A program made the translations under genes and the position numbers. Below are positions 12,477-23,757 of a DNA stretch of 64,000 nucleotides, piece by piece. Source of the DNA: Anolis carolinensis (Eukaryota); assembly GCF_035594765.1 (NCBI RefSeq), contig NC_085841.1, positions 246,594,689 to 246,658,688 on the forward strand, written 5' to 3'. Below the pieces are notes generated by a model. It did no database searches and was not told where the DNA came from. It worked only from the letters and a program-made list of their open reading frames with translations. Position 1 is the stretch's first letter. Every line of letters starts with the position of its first letter.

Positions 12477-14771
12477 GTAGAAGCTGAAGGAAAATGGCTA
12501 AAATGGATCCATTCACTAGTTTAGTGATTATGTTCCACCCACCAAATAGCTTTTAGACTTACATGCACATTTCCCAAAATATTTTGAGAAAATCTGGGGA
12601 ACCTGTTACAGTCTATGCCTGGCAAGTGATGTGTGGCTTGATAGAAAACCAGGCTGGGGAATGGGGGGGGGGGGGTCAACATTGGAGACCCCATTCAAGA
12701 ATGAAACTTCTGTCTAATGTTTTTTCTGAATCCACCATTTCATTTTGCAATGTCACTGGACTCCCAGAAAATGCTGCAGGTCAGATACGAAGCCAAGCAG
12801 AAGTAGAGGAAGATAGAATGTCACCATCTTCCAGCTTCTTTCTTCATGTATTTATTATGATCAAAGCCAAAGTTTCCAAATAAGGCATCATTTGCATACT
12901 GATAATATAGGAAGTGCATTCTGCATGTGTTAAAATAGTACCACCATCCCCATTTTGTAGGTTTCAGGTTAGTGCTTGACTTCAAAATAGAATCTAAGTC
13001 TATGTTCCTGTTTTACATTGATATGACACAGGAAAAGTATATAATAGCATCATTTGCCTCTAGAGTTTTATTATTATAGGCAAGAATATGAGATATGTAC
13101 CTTTAAATTTCAAGGTAAGAGAAGAAAGATTGCTCTCTAATTTATATGAATGAACTCCCTGCTTTTTCCTTCTGTGTCAGCCCCCAACACTTCATTCTGT
13201 TCTGCAGATACATGACTTTGTGCTCTGTGGAATCTGCAAAATTTGTACAAAGTACAATGTATTTACAGAGGTTGAAATACCTTAAGGGGATGTTAGGGTT
13301 TGTTTTGCTGCCTGTGTACCTGTTCAGAAGATTTCATATCACTATCTGTCCCTGTGTTCATTGGATTTTTTAAAAATTGGCTTGTTGTGGAAACAAGGAT
13401 GTGTGATAAAGCTTCAGTGGAGGCACCTTTTCCCATGATAACTCTTCCAGGAATAAATCTTTTTTCTGTGGGGAAAATTTCTCTCACTTCCTGTTTTCTC
13501 TCTCACACACACACATACACCCTGCTCTTAACTATGAGTCATTTGTAAGTTAAAGGTTGCTTACAGGAGCTGTCTGTACTTTGATGTGAAACATTCAGCG
13601 AACACCAGGGGTTGTAGATTATATTTCAGAGAAAGAAATTGACTAAACCTCTTCTGATTATTCCTTTGAAATTCATGGGGCCAACAAAAGTTGACAGGTG
13701 ACTTGAAGACCCACATTTCAACAGATATCCATAGGAATCAGCATCCATCAGCATATAGCACTTGTATATGAGGGTTATTGCAATCAATGTTTGAACCTTC
13801 ATCTTCCCTCCCTAAATTCTGAATCAGCGGAAGATGGGGAAGGCTAATTAACAGCATTCACACATTTAATTAACAATCTTCTGTTCCCATCCGCAAGCTT
13901 TGGGAGAGAACAAAAATAACAAGGTCATTAAAATAAATAAACAAATACATAAACTGTTGAGATCTTGTCAAACTTTTCAAAATGAGCAGTTCTTTAAACA
14001 CTGAGGAATGTTGAAGTGTAGATATAATTTGATCAATTATTAAACTTTACTAAATGAATTTTTTTAAAAGGAGACTACATCTGGACTAATGTATCAGTTT
14101 AAAGCATGCTGCTATAAATACAGTGATTTCAAATGAATTGCCAGTAAGTGCCTTTTTGCTGAATAAAGGCTTGCTGACAACTAAGCTTGTTGGTTTTAAT
14201 ATCACCCAGTGCTTCCTTTTCTTAATGTATGTGGTCATTAATAAATTAATAAAGTGTTTCTGAAGTGATTGAGTGCCATAAGGATGTCAACTATGCTAGT
14301 TGGAGAGATATTTATAGATTGGAGAAGGAAGAATATTGCCAACAATCCTAACGGTTTGTGATCACCCAACCAAAGGACCGTCCAAGAAATTGTTTTAATT
14401 AAACATGTTCATTGGTGATAACACTGAAGTTGAGATGCAAATAATAACTTCCTTACCTGCTTGATAATATGTCTGTATCAGTCTAGGCCAATCTCAAATT
14501 AATGAAAGTGATATGACCCATTACTGCCCTGAGATTGGGTTGAGGAGAAATCTAGGGTGGCAGAATAACGGTTATATCCAAAAGTGCTCCAGAAGAAGTC
14601 ATTTTGACTACTACTAGTATCAATGGATTTATACCAATTTACATTCATAAAAGGCCAAGGGTAGAAATAAATGTTCATTGAGAGGGATGCAGAGGCATAG
14701 GTACCTTCTTGGGCATATTTTGTTGGGGGGGGGGGGGGAACAGGAGAAGACCTTCTCTAAAGTTCCTCCAA

Positions 14772-14895
14772 AGGTGCATCTACACTGTAGAATTAGTACA
14801 GTTTCATATCACTTTAACTGCCATAGGTCAGTGCTATGAAATCATTTTTACTGCTAATGAATGCCAAACTACAACTCAAAGGATTCCATAGCATT
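14772..14895. mobile_element. PIF/Harbinger-type MITE remnant
   Basis: GGTGCATCTACACTGTAGAATTA.. terminus; the reverse-complement terminus of the same family lies at about 23560-23625. Confidence 0.55.
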
Positions 14896-15498
14896 ATCTT
14901 CTTTTGGAGGCTGGACTAGTTCTCTCCTCCGTGTCCTTTTTTGTGATATGAAGACTTTTGTAGTCTAGCAGGCTTTAGGAAACTAGTTGCTTTAGATAAT
15001 GAGTTTTCTTTTTTACATCTTGCTCAATTTTTAATCTCTGCTTTTACATGAATATTTTATATGGCTGCAAACTATAGATAGTTTGGTATTATGTAACCTA
15101 AACCTTTCCTATGATTTTAGCTACATGTGATTTTACTAATACTTCTTTTTATTCTGTATGCCACCTTGCGGTTCCTGCTTGAAGAATGAGTAGACATTAG
15201 GGCTGTGCAAAATTTCAATTGCCTGTTTTAAGTCGGATCTAATTTGATAGAGCCGTAAATACAACACTCAGGTGTTGCCCATGCCAAAAATTTAAGAATC
15301 AAACTTTCATCTGGTTTTTTGTAACTTACGTAATGTTGTAACTCTCTGTGGTGCCGTTTTAATTCACAATGCAACCAAGCATGCTGCTCAGCCAATCAGG
15401 GCTGAGGGAGGGGGAAGAGGAGCTGGAGGCACAGCCATTGCTGTTTAAATTCCCAAGTGCCATGCCGCAGCCTCCATTTGTGATCAGGTAGGGAAAGT

Positions 15499-15557
15499 GG
15501 GAGCCCTCAGTAGCGCAGTGGGTTAAACCACTGAGCTGCTGAACTTGCTGACCGAAA
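15499..15557 (+). mobile_element. Sauria SINE 5' head only
   Basis: GGAGCCC..GCGCAGTGGGTTAAACCACTGAGCTGCTGAACTTGCTGACCGAAA matches the heads of full copies at 32433 and 39634. Confidence 0.85.
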
Positions 15558-16504
15558 TCATTCTGGAAAGAAGTGACTAGTGGAGTGCTGCAGGATTCTG
15601 TCCTGAGTCTGGTGCTGTTCAACAACTTTATTAATGACTTAGATTAATGTTTAGAGGGCATTGCTTATCATGTTTGCAGATGACATCGAATTGGGAGTGT
15701 AAACTAATACTTCAGAAGACAGGATCAGAATGTAAAATGACCTCAACAGATTAGAGAGCTAGGCCAAAACTAACAAAATGAATTTCAACAAAGAGAAGTG
15801 TAGGATGCTTCAGTTAGGCAAAAGAAATGAAATGCACAGATACAGGATTGGTGACACCTGGTACATATAAAAAGGATCAACAGTCAACAGTGTGATGCAG
15901 CAGTTTAAAAAGCCAATGGGATTTTGGGAGTATAGTATCTAGATCGAGGGAAGGCATGGTGCCTATCTTCTCTGCTTTGGTTAGACCTCACCTGGTAAAC
16001 TCTGTCCAATTCTGAGCACCACAATTCAAGAGGGATATTGACAAGCTGGAAGGTGTGCAGAGGAAGGCAAATAAAATGATCAAAGGTCGTCTTTGGAGGC
16101 CATGTCCTATGATGAGTGTCTTAAAAAGCTGGGGATGTTTAGCCTACAGAAGAGAAAGTTGAGAGGAGACATGATAGCCATTTATAAATATGTAAAATGA
16201 TGTCATAAGGAAGAGGGAGCAGGCTTGTTTTCCACTGCTTTCGAAACTAAGACTCAGAGCAATGGGTTCAAATTACAGGAAAGGAGATTCTACCTGAACG
16301 TTAGAAAGAACTTCCTGACCATGCGAGCTGTTCAACAGTGGAACTCTCTGCCTCAGAGTGTGGTGGAAGTCCTTCCTTGGAGAATTTTAAACAGAGGCTG
16401 GATGGCCATTTGTTGGGGGTACTTTGTGCTTTTCTTGCATTGTAGGGGGTTGGACTAGATGGCTCATGTGGTCTCTTCCAAGTCTATGATTTTACAATTC
16501 TATG
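15558..16504 (+). mobile_element. CR1 LINE, RT domain to 3' tail, degenerate
   Basis: SGV.Q.SVL..VLF..FINDLD and FADD RT motifs; [11 protein letters not shown]-terminus; CTATGATTT..TTCTATG tail. Confidence 0.92.
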
Positions 16505-17308
16505 CTGAGGGTTAAAGTGCCAGCACCTTTTATTCCTATTCAGAATCTTTCCTCCCTTTGATCAGCCTTTCTTGTCTTTTCTGCTTTGATCCCATTTTAA
16601 TGGTGCTACGTGATGTCTGTGTTCTAAAAATCTATCTATAACATTTATGGATTTGGCAGTGATAAATCTTGTCCATCCGTAACATCTCCTTTTATATTGT
16701 AGACAAACTATTGCTGAGATAGATGCTATGTAGCAGTTCTGTATAGGAAGATATTTTAAATATGCTTTACTTCCCCAGTCCTTTCTTGTTATACTGCAGT
16801 TTATTTAATGTTGATTAGTAAAGAATTGTTCTGACCATTAGGGTCATATGGAGTATACAACTTCTGTGATTCCAGTTTATAAATGATTTCAAATACTGAC
16901 TAATAGCTACATAAACAGCTTAGGTACAGAGCTCCCAGGATGATTCTCCCAGTCCTCAATTACCAGGCAGTAGCCACTGTGAGCAATGGGGGCCTGTTCC
17001 TGTGCCAATGACTGACATTTCCATCTCCTCCCACAAGTTACAGTCCTAGATGGTTCTAGACAGGGCTGGTCCAGCATGGAGAATGCTGGACCAGCCCCAG
17101 GATGGTTTAAACAACCCAATCACCCTGACTACAAAGGTGTGAAGGCATTTTCACCATGCACAAGCACTGACTCCAGTTTGGAGCTGTCGGACAGCCACTC
17201 TTACCATCCCCTCAGTTCTTCTCACTGGAGTGGCTTGTGGAGTGATGTTGGTTGGGGCACCAGAGTGCCTCAAGAGAGGAGATATGTGAAATGACCCTTT
17301 AGTAAATA

Positions 17309-17631
17309 CAGTAGAGTCTCACTTATCCAACGTAAACGGGCCGACAGAACGTTGGATAAGTGAATATGTTGGATAATAAGGAGAGATTAAGGAAAAACCT
17401 ATTAAACATCAAATTAGGCTATGATTTTACAAATTAAGCACCAGAACATCATGTTATACAACAAATTTTACAGAAAAAGTAGTTCAATACGCAGTAATGC
17501 TATGTAGTAATTACTGTATTTACGAATTTAGCACCAAAATATCACGATATATTGAAAATATTGATTACAAAAATGCGTTGGATAATCCAGAATGTTGGAT
17601 AAGCAAGTGTTGGATAAGTGAGACTCTACTG
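17309..17631. mobile_element. Tc1/mariner MITE (323 bp)
   Basis: Perfect TIRs CAGTAGAGTCTCACTTATCCAAC / GTTGGATAAGTGAGACTCTACTG, TA on both sides. Confidence 0.95.
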
Positions 17632-19055
17632 TAGTTCAAATCTGATGATTCAAACATTGTAATTCATCAGTGAGGAGAGAGTAATACATAAGTAGCATTT
17701 TTACAAAAATCCAGCAAAATGCATTCTTGCAAAATTGCTTCATTTAATTAATTAAAAGAGTATGTTCTAAAGAGGCAACAAATGTTTACTTTCCCAAATG
17801 AAGGATTTTTGTAAAATTACTCCTTACTTGGATTAATTAATCAATATTAATTTGTGCTGAAATTCCAACTTAAGACAATCATTTTAGTTACAATATATTA
17901 CATTCTCTCTTTTGTTAGACAAAGTTGAACACAATTCATAATTTAATGTATTTTACTTAGTTCTTGAACTTTTGCAAGATATATGCATGCAAAAGGCACA
18001 TACAAACATACATACACAAGTTTTACGAACATGAACCAACCATATTTTCCATTTGCCCAGCACTGTTTTCTCATAAATCATGGCTTAACAACATGAAAAA
18101 GGTCCCCTTTGTACTCTTCCTATAAAAGGAGACTGGAGGACTGAAAAACATTGCAGGTATTGGGTATATGGAAAAAGGAGGATCTTATGTCCCCCACCCT
18201 TACATTGTTATCATAATATAAAAAATTATCCTATTAACTAAGAAAAGTAGCCAGTGGATACAATTAACATTGATTGGTTGGAAAGAACCTCTTGCCTCAT
18301 TGATCCAAAGTCAAAATAGAAGCTTATACATTATTAACATGACTGACCAACCTTATTATGGGCTTGTTGGAGTATTTAATCATTTGCATTTTAATTAGTA
18401 TTGGCAGGTGGCCCTCTGTATTTTCCCAAGGATCTTGCCAAATTTCAAGGAATGGTATTCACATTATTGAAAATTATTTTACAGCTACAGGGGTGGCCAT
18501 TGGCACATAGACACCTTCACTAGTCCTTCCTAGTAAAGGTTAAAGAGGAGTTTGAAGCCTTTGGGTGGTGTATTTATCTCCCAGCTTAGGAACAGAAGGT
18601 GGGCAAGGATTGATTAACATTCATTTTCTGCTCTAAGGAATGCTCTCCACTGCTTTGCAATGGAAACAAAACTTTAAAATAACCAACTCCCTTTGAGTTC
18701 ACAGAGGAATGCATTTTTATTCCAAAACAGAAAAACAAAGAAGGAAGGAAACTTGGTTTACTTTTTTAAAGCCTCAGTTACTACTCTTCATACTGTGAAA
18801 CCCCATTGCCACGTGCTGAAGGCTTCATGAAAATGCCATGGATCTTGTTTTTGGAAGATTTTATTTCAAACATCCAAAGGCCCATCCCATCCTTAGCTTC
18901 TCCTAAACTACTTTAGGAGTGGGGATATCTCTCCAGCGGGCTGGAGTAGGCCTTTTCAAAATAAGATTTCTGCCCCCCCCCCCCCAACATTTCCTTTAAT
19001 CTCCAAATGTCTGCCATTGAAATAATGCAAAACATCAGCTGAGCATTTAGAAATG

Positions 19056-19440
19056 AATCATAGAATCATAAAATAATAGAATTGGAAGAGACTACATGGG
19101 ACGATCTAGTTCATCCCCCTGCCATGCAGGAAAAACACAATCGGAATATTGATGTAAAGCTGACAGGATGGTAATTGTTTGGATCCTCTTTTTTCCCCTT
19201 CTTGAAGATAGGAACAACATTTGCCCTCCTCCATTCTGCTGGGACTTCTCCTGTTCTCCAAAAATTCTCAAAGATTATTGTCAGTGGTTCTGAAATTACT
19301 TCTGCTAGTCCTTTCAATGCTCTTGGATGTAGTTCATCTGGTCTTGGACACTTGAATTCATTCAGAGTAGCCAGGTATTCCTGGACTAATTCTTTATATA
19401 TTTTGGGTTGCATTTCCTCCTATTACCTCATCCTCTCCAT
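19056..19440 (-). mobile_element. CR1 LINE, internally deleted (pre-RT ORF2 segment joined to 3' UTR)
   Basis: ORF 19111-19413 (PDELHPRALK.LAEVISEPL.IIFE..WRTGEVPAEWRRANVVPIFKKGKKEDP.NY.PVS) runs directly into the CR1 3' tail. Confidence 0.88.
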
Positions 19441-21789
19441 ATTGCTCAGATGAGAAATAAACTACTTAAATGAAAAAAAATTTAAAAAAATTTCTCCACC
19501 TATCCCTAGGTGAAATCACATTTATTTATTTAATGTCAACTTTCTCTCAAAGCAGGACCTAAGGCATTTCTTTTTTAAATAGACATTTTAATTTCATGAC
19601 TTGTTTTTGGAGAAAGACGTGCAAGCTTCATCAAAAATAATCCAGCATTTTCTACACCAAAGTATTTTGGTGCTTTTTTCCCGAACAACTTTGATGACTC
19701 CCAAAATGTGACAAATCTTGTGGCATTTGACCATTTCTTCATAAGGTAGCCCTGATTTTTCCAAACACCTTGTCTCACTGAGGCTAAATATTTTGCAAGT
19801 ATTTTGTATAATCCTGCCAAAAAAAAATGATTGAGGTTCAGTTTCTTCTTTTCAATAATTAGTGAGTTGTGTAAAGAATATTTGTGTTTGTTCATATGCT
19901 TCTGAATTATAAATACACATGTAAATATATCAAGAAAATATCATGGTATGGTTGGAATTAGCCAGTCTATTTGATTTAACCCTTCGTTTATTCTGGATTT
20001 CTACATTCCCTTCTATCAATCACACAGAGACTTTTTTAAAAATAGTCTTGTTTGTCCATGTGGAGCCTGACAGTTAATTATGACTCTCAGCTTCCCTATG
20101 GCAAACAAGAAGCACAAAGGGATAAAACTGTTTGCTTTTGCTTTACAAGGAATTAGGGGATGTGTGCAGTGGATTTGCCAGCATAGAAAAGTCCTTCCTG
20201 TGGCTTTCAGATTTAGAAAGCAATATTTAATAGATCATTTTAAGGCTTAATAAGGAAAATGTCATTTCCTTTCTTAATATATTTCCCCTTATCAAAACTG
20301 AAGAAACTAGAGACTGCTGTGAATTCCCACCCTTGGAACTTGAGTAGAGACAACATGGAAATGCTCTGCACAATATCAAAGATCTCAAAAAGACTGCACA
20401 TAGAAGTCTCTGGTTGACTGTCTTGACTGGGAATGTGACATTTGAAGACGTTCCAACATTTTGCAGATGAAAACCAGAACACATATCTCCAAACAATCTC
20501 AGAGTGTGACTAAGATGGTAAAATTTAGTAATGAAAAGGAAGATACCAGTTACGTGGGACTGTAGAAGTTTGCTTTTGCCTGAGCCATTTGGGAAGGGAA
20601 CAGTTTTACTCCCTCCTCTCCACTTACCCTGCTGAAGTTAATTATCTCCAAATTACATTTGCACTTTACTTTCAGTTTCTTTCAAGAAACCAAAGTATAT
20701 AGTCCCCTATGTAAATATTAACTGTATCTAAAAATTTAGCTTCAATGTACATCCTGTATCATGCACTCAATTCCACAAGCAAGATGTAATAGAACTGCTT
20801 GCTGTAATAAAGAGCTATCCAAGGTTAAGCCCTCCTTCTGAAAGAATAAATAACCAATACTGTAAGAGTAGTTCAAATCAACAAAAAGGTGTATCTTTGA
20901 AGAGGGTAAAATTTCTCATCTTTGAAACCGAATGAACAACTGTAAGTGCCCACCGTTCAGCTTTGGTATTTCCGTTTTTAGTATGAGAACTGTGGCTTCT
21001 CAGTAGCACAATTTTCTGTTATCTTAGCTCCAGAGAGATAGCAGGATGTTAATGCTGAATACGTCCTGGAAAATAACATTCTACGCATTGAAGCTTTTTA
21101 GCAATGCATCTTCAACTGTTCTTACTTAAATATTTCTGTCCCTACTCCATTAGTTAAGTGAGGCTGATAAAATGAAGTGGAAGGCCCATCTATCCAAAAT
21201 ATAGCCTACAGAAAAGGTCAAAACTAGAGCGGGTTTCTATAATTCACAAGTAAACCAAAACACTAAGACATACTGCCTCATTCATATTAGAAAGGTTGTG
21301 TCAAGAAAATAAAGCAGCACAATATTTATCCATTCCTATTACTATGTTTATCAAAGAAGAGAGTAAAGCATAAAAAAGCCATTTTTCTTACATAGGGAAT
21401 GTCTTCTGCTTGTGTTTTTCCCTTTCTTTTCCTATCGCTCTTTGGTGTTAAGTTGCAAAATAAAACAGAGGCTTAAACTGTTTTAATTGACATGCCATCT
21501 CCTCCGGAAATTTTCAAAACTACACTTTTGCAAAGTGACCCATGATAGATCATTCTTCGCATCCTTGCCAATTTCCACAGAATTCTTTGAGAGAAGCCAT
21601 GACAACTCAACATTAGGCTTGCTCAAATAATTCGTTTTCCCCGTTAACCGTTATTAATTCGTTATTTTCATTTGTTTTGAAGCAATTTTGAAGCATTGGT
21701 TGTCACACGTCTGGATATCGCGGTTTCGAATCGCGAGAGGCCGTTTTTCGTTATGTCGTCGTTTTTTTCGTTAGGAAAAAAAAGCTTTT

Positions 21790-22572
21790 GCAAAGCACCC
21801 AAACTCCCACCATTCAGGCCCTTCCCTTTTGCCCCTCAGCAAAAGGGGCGTCACGGGCTCAGCCAATGGGAGGGGGCGAGGGGGAAGGAGGCCGAGGAGG
21901 AGGAGGAAGACGGAGGGGGGAAATGGCCGCCGCCGCCTCGCCTCAGCAGCTGATAATAATTTATTATTATTACCTCCCAAGGGTGATCTCCCAATAGCCT
22001 ACCGAGGAAGGACTGGGCCAGGTTTCTGTCTTCGGGAGGGAGGCTCTCGCGTGTCAGCGCCCAGGAAGGCGAGGCCCGCACGTCTTTCCTTTCTTCTTCC
22101 AGGAGGGAAGGAGGGGGAGAGGGAGGTCCCCCCTTGGTTGCCCTCTTTCCCTCCCGAAGTGGCTCTTGAAAATGGGGCGCTTTTCCCCTTCCCCTCCCGC
22201 CCTTCCCGCGACCTTCCCCAAGGTCTCCCCCGAAGAGCCCACCGACCTTTCCTTTCCTTCGGGCGGCGTCCTCTCCTCCTCCTCCTCGGAAGCCTTGCGG
22301 GGAGGATGGGGCTGGGAGGGAGGGAGGGAGGGTCGCTTAGGAGGCGGAAGGCGAAGGCGGGCGAGGGGCGCGGGCGGCGCTGCTCATGCCTCCCTCACTG
22401 CCTGCCTCTGCTTCTCCCTCTGCCGCCCCCTCCTCCGCTTCCTCCGCCTCCTCCTCGCAAGGCGCATCCAGGCGGGCGGAGGCGGCGGATCGAGACCCCT
22501 TCCCCTCTGCTTCGTCCTCCTCCGGCGGCTGTCCTCCCTTCGCTCGCTCGCCCTTCCCTGCCTGCCAGGCCT
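21790..22572. promoter_or_regulatory. CpG-island / promoter-like segment carried inside the hAT element
   Basis: Very GC- and CpG-rich against an AT-rich background; GGGGCGTCAC, CCAAT (21863-21867), GGGGCG boxes, YY1-like AAATGGCCGCC. Confidence 0.5.
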
Positions 22573-22575
22573 GAT

Positions 22576-22826
22576 ACTCAGAGGTTTTGACGTCTGTGCG
22601 AAGCTAGGCAAGTGGGGTTTATATATCTGTGGAAGGTCCAGGGTGGGAGAAAGAACTCTTGTCTGTGGGAGGCAAGTGTGAATGTTGCAATTGGTCACCT
22701 TGATTAGCATTGAATAGCCTTGCAGCTTCAAAGCCTGGCTGCTTCCTACCTGGGGGAATCCTTTGTTGGGAGGTATTAGCTGGCCCTGATTGTTTCCTGT
22801 CTGGAATTCCCATTTTCTGGGTGTTT
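22576..22826 (-). mobile_element. Penelope pseudo-LTR fragment nested in the hAT element
   Basis: Reverse complement aligns by eye with 59520-59750 (TTCCAGACA.GAAACAATCAGGG..GACAAGAGTTCTT..CACAGATATATAAACC..AACCTCTGAG). Confidence 0.88.
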
Positions 22827-22986
22827 CTGGGAAGGTAATGGCACTCCATGTAGTCATGCCGGCCACATGACCTTGGAGGTGTCTATGGACAACACTGGCT
22901 CTTGGGCTTAGAAATGGAGATGAGCACCAACCCCCAGAGTCAGACATGACTGAACTTAACGTCAAGGGATACCTTTACCTTTACCT
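22826..22986 (+). mobile_element. Sauria SINE 3' half nested in the hAT element
   Basis: GGAAGGTAA..CATGACCTTGGAGGTGTCTATGGACAAC..GAGATGAGCACCAACCCCCAGAGTC..(ACCTTT)n tail. Confidence 0.9.
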
Positions 22987-23757
22987 ATACACACACACAC
23001 ATTATGCAGGGACTATATATTATATATATACACAGTATATATCACACACACACCAATTTAACAAAGTTTCAGCCACAAAAACAAAGTTTCTGAAGTAGAA
23101 CAATGACTTTCACAGTAAAGACAACCCAATTTAACAGGAAATAAGACTTTCAAACCAGGAACAGATTTCTGCAATTATTAAAAAATGGTTTATTATAAAA
23201 GCTATGAAAATTTGCCAAAAATCAGAGGATAGGGGAAACGTTCCAAATTTTGGTGAGCTATCAGTTTTAAATGTGTTCTACCACTGTACCAAGTTGGAAG
23301 AAGATCACTCAAAAAGTGAGGGTGGGAGAGTCCTGTAAAGTCCTCTCCCTCTGTGCTGTTTTTGGGAATTGCGTATGCGCGTCCGCCATTAACGAATTAA
23401 TTTAGAAAATAACGAATTTTCGTTAATTTCGAAAATTTTGGGGGGCCAAATTCGTAAATAGCAACAAAAACGAAAAACTGCCCCCTCTAGTTTTGAAACG
23501 AGTTTAGAATCAAATTTTTCATGGATCGATCAAGCCTACTCAACATGTGTAAGTAAGCTGATAGCACTGAGACATGGCAGTTAGTGGTGTCAAATTGAAT
23601 TAATTCTACAGTGTGGATGTACTCACAGTTTTATTATTTGTTTATTTATCCCTCCTGGTCTTCAGGAAAAAGCTAAAGACCTGGCTCTGTGCACACGCAT
23701 TCAGGGAGTAGGATAATATGGAATTGGACCTCAACCTATCAATCAAATAATGCCTAT

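Larger units (their letters stand above)
21614..23538. mobile_element. Composite non-autonomous hAT element (1925 bp)
   Basis: TIR TAGGCTTG / CAAGCCTA; exact 8-bp TSD CTCAACAT at 21606-21613 and 23539-23546; subterminal TTCGTT repeats on the left and AACGAA on the right. Confidence 0.9.

Noticed and set aside
21829-22965. Long overlapping ORFs (253, 171 and 193 aa) over the GC-rich region
   Set aside because: Low-complexity Pro/Arg/Gly translations in several frames on both strands, expected from stop-codon scarcity in GC-rich DNA; some run across Penelope and SINE junctions
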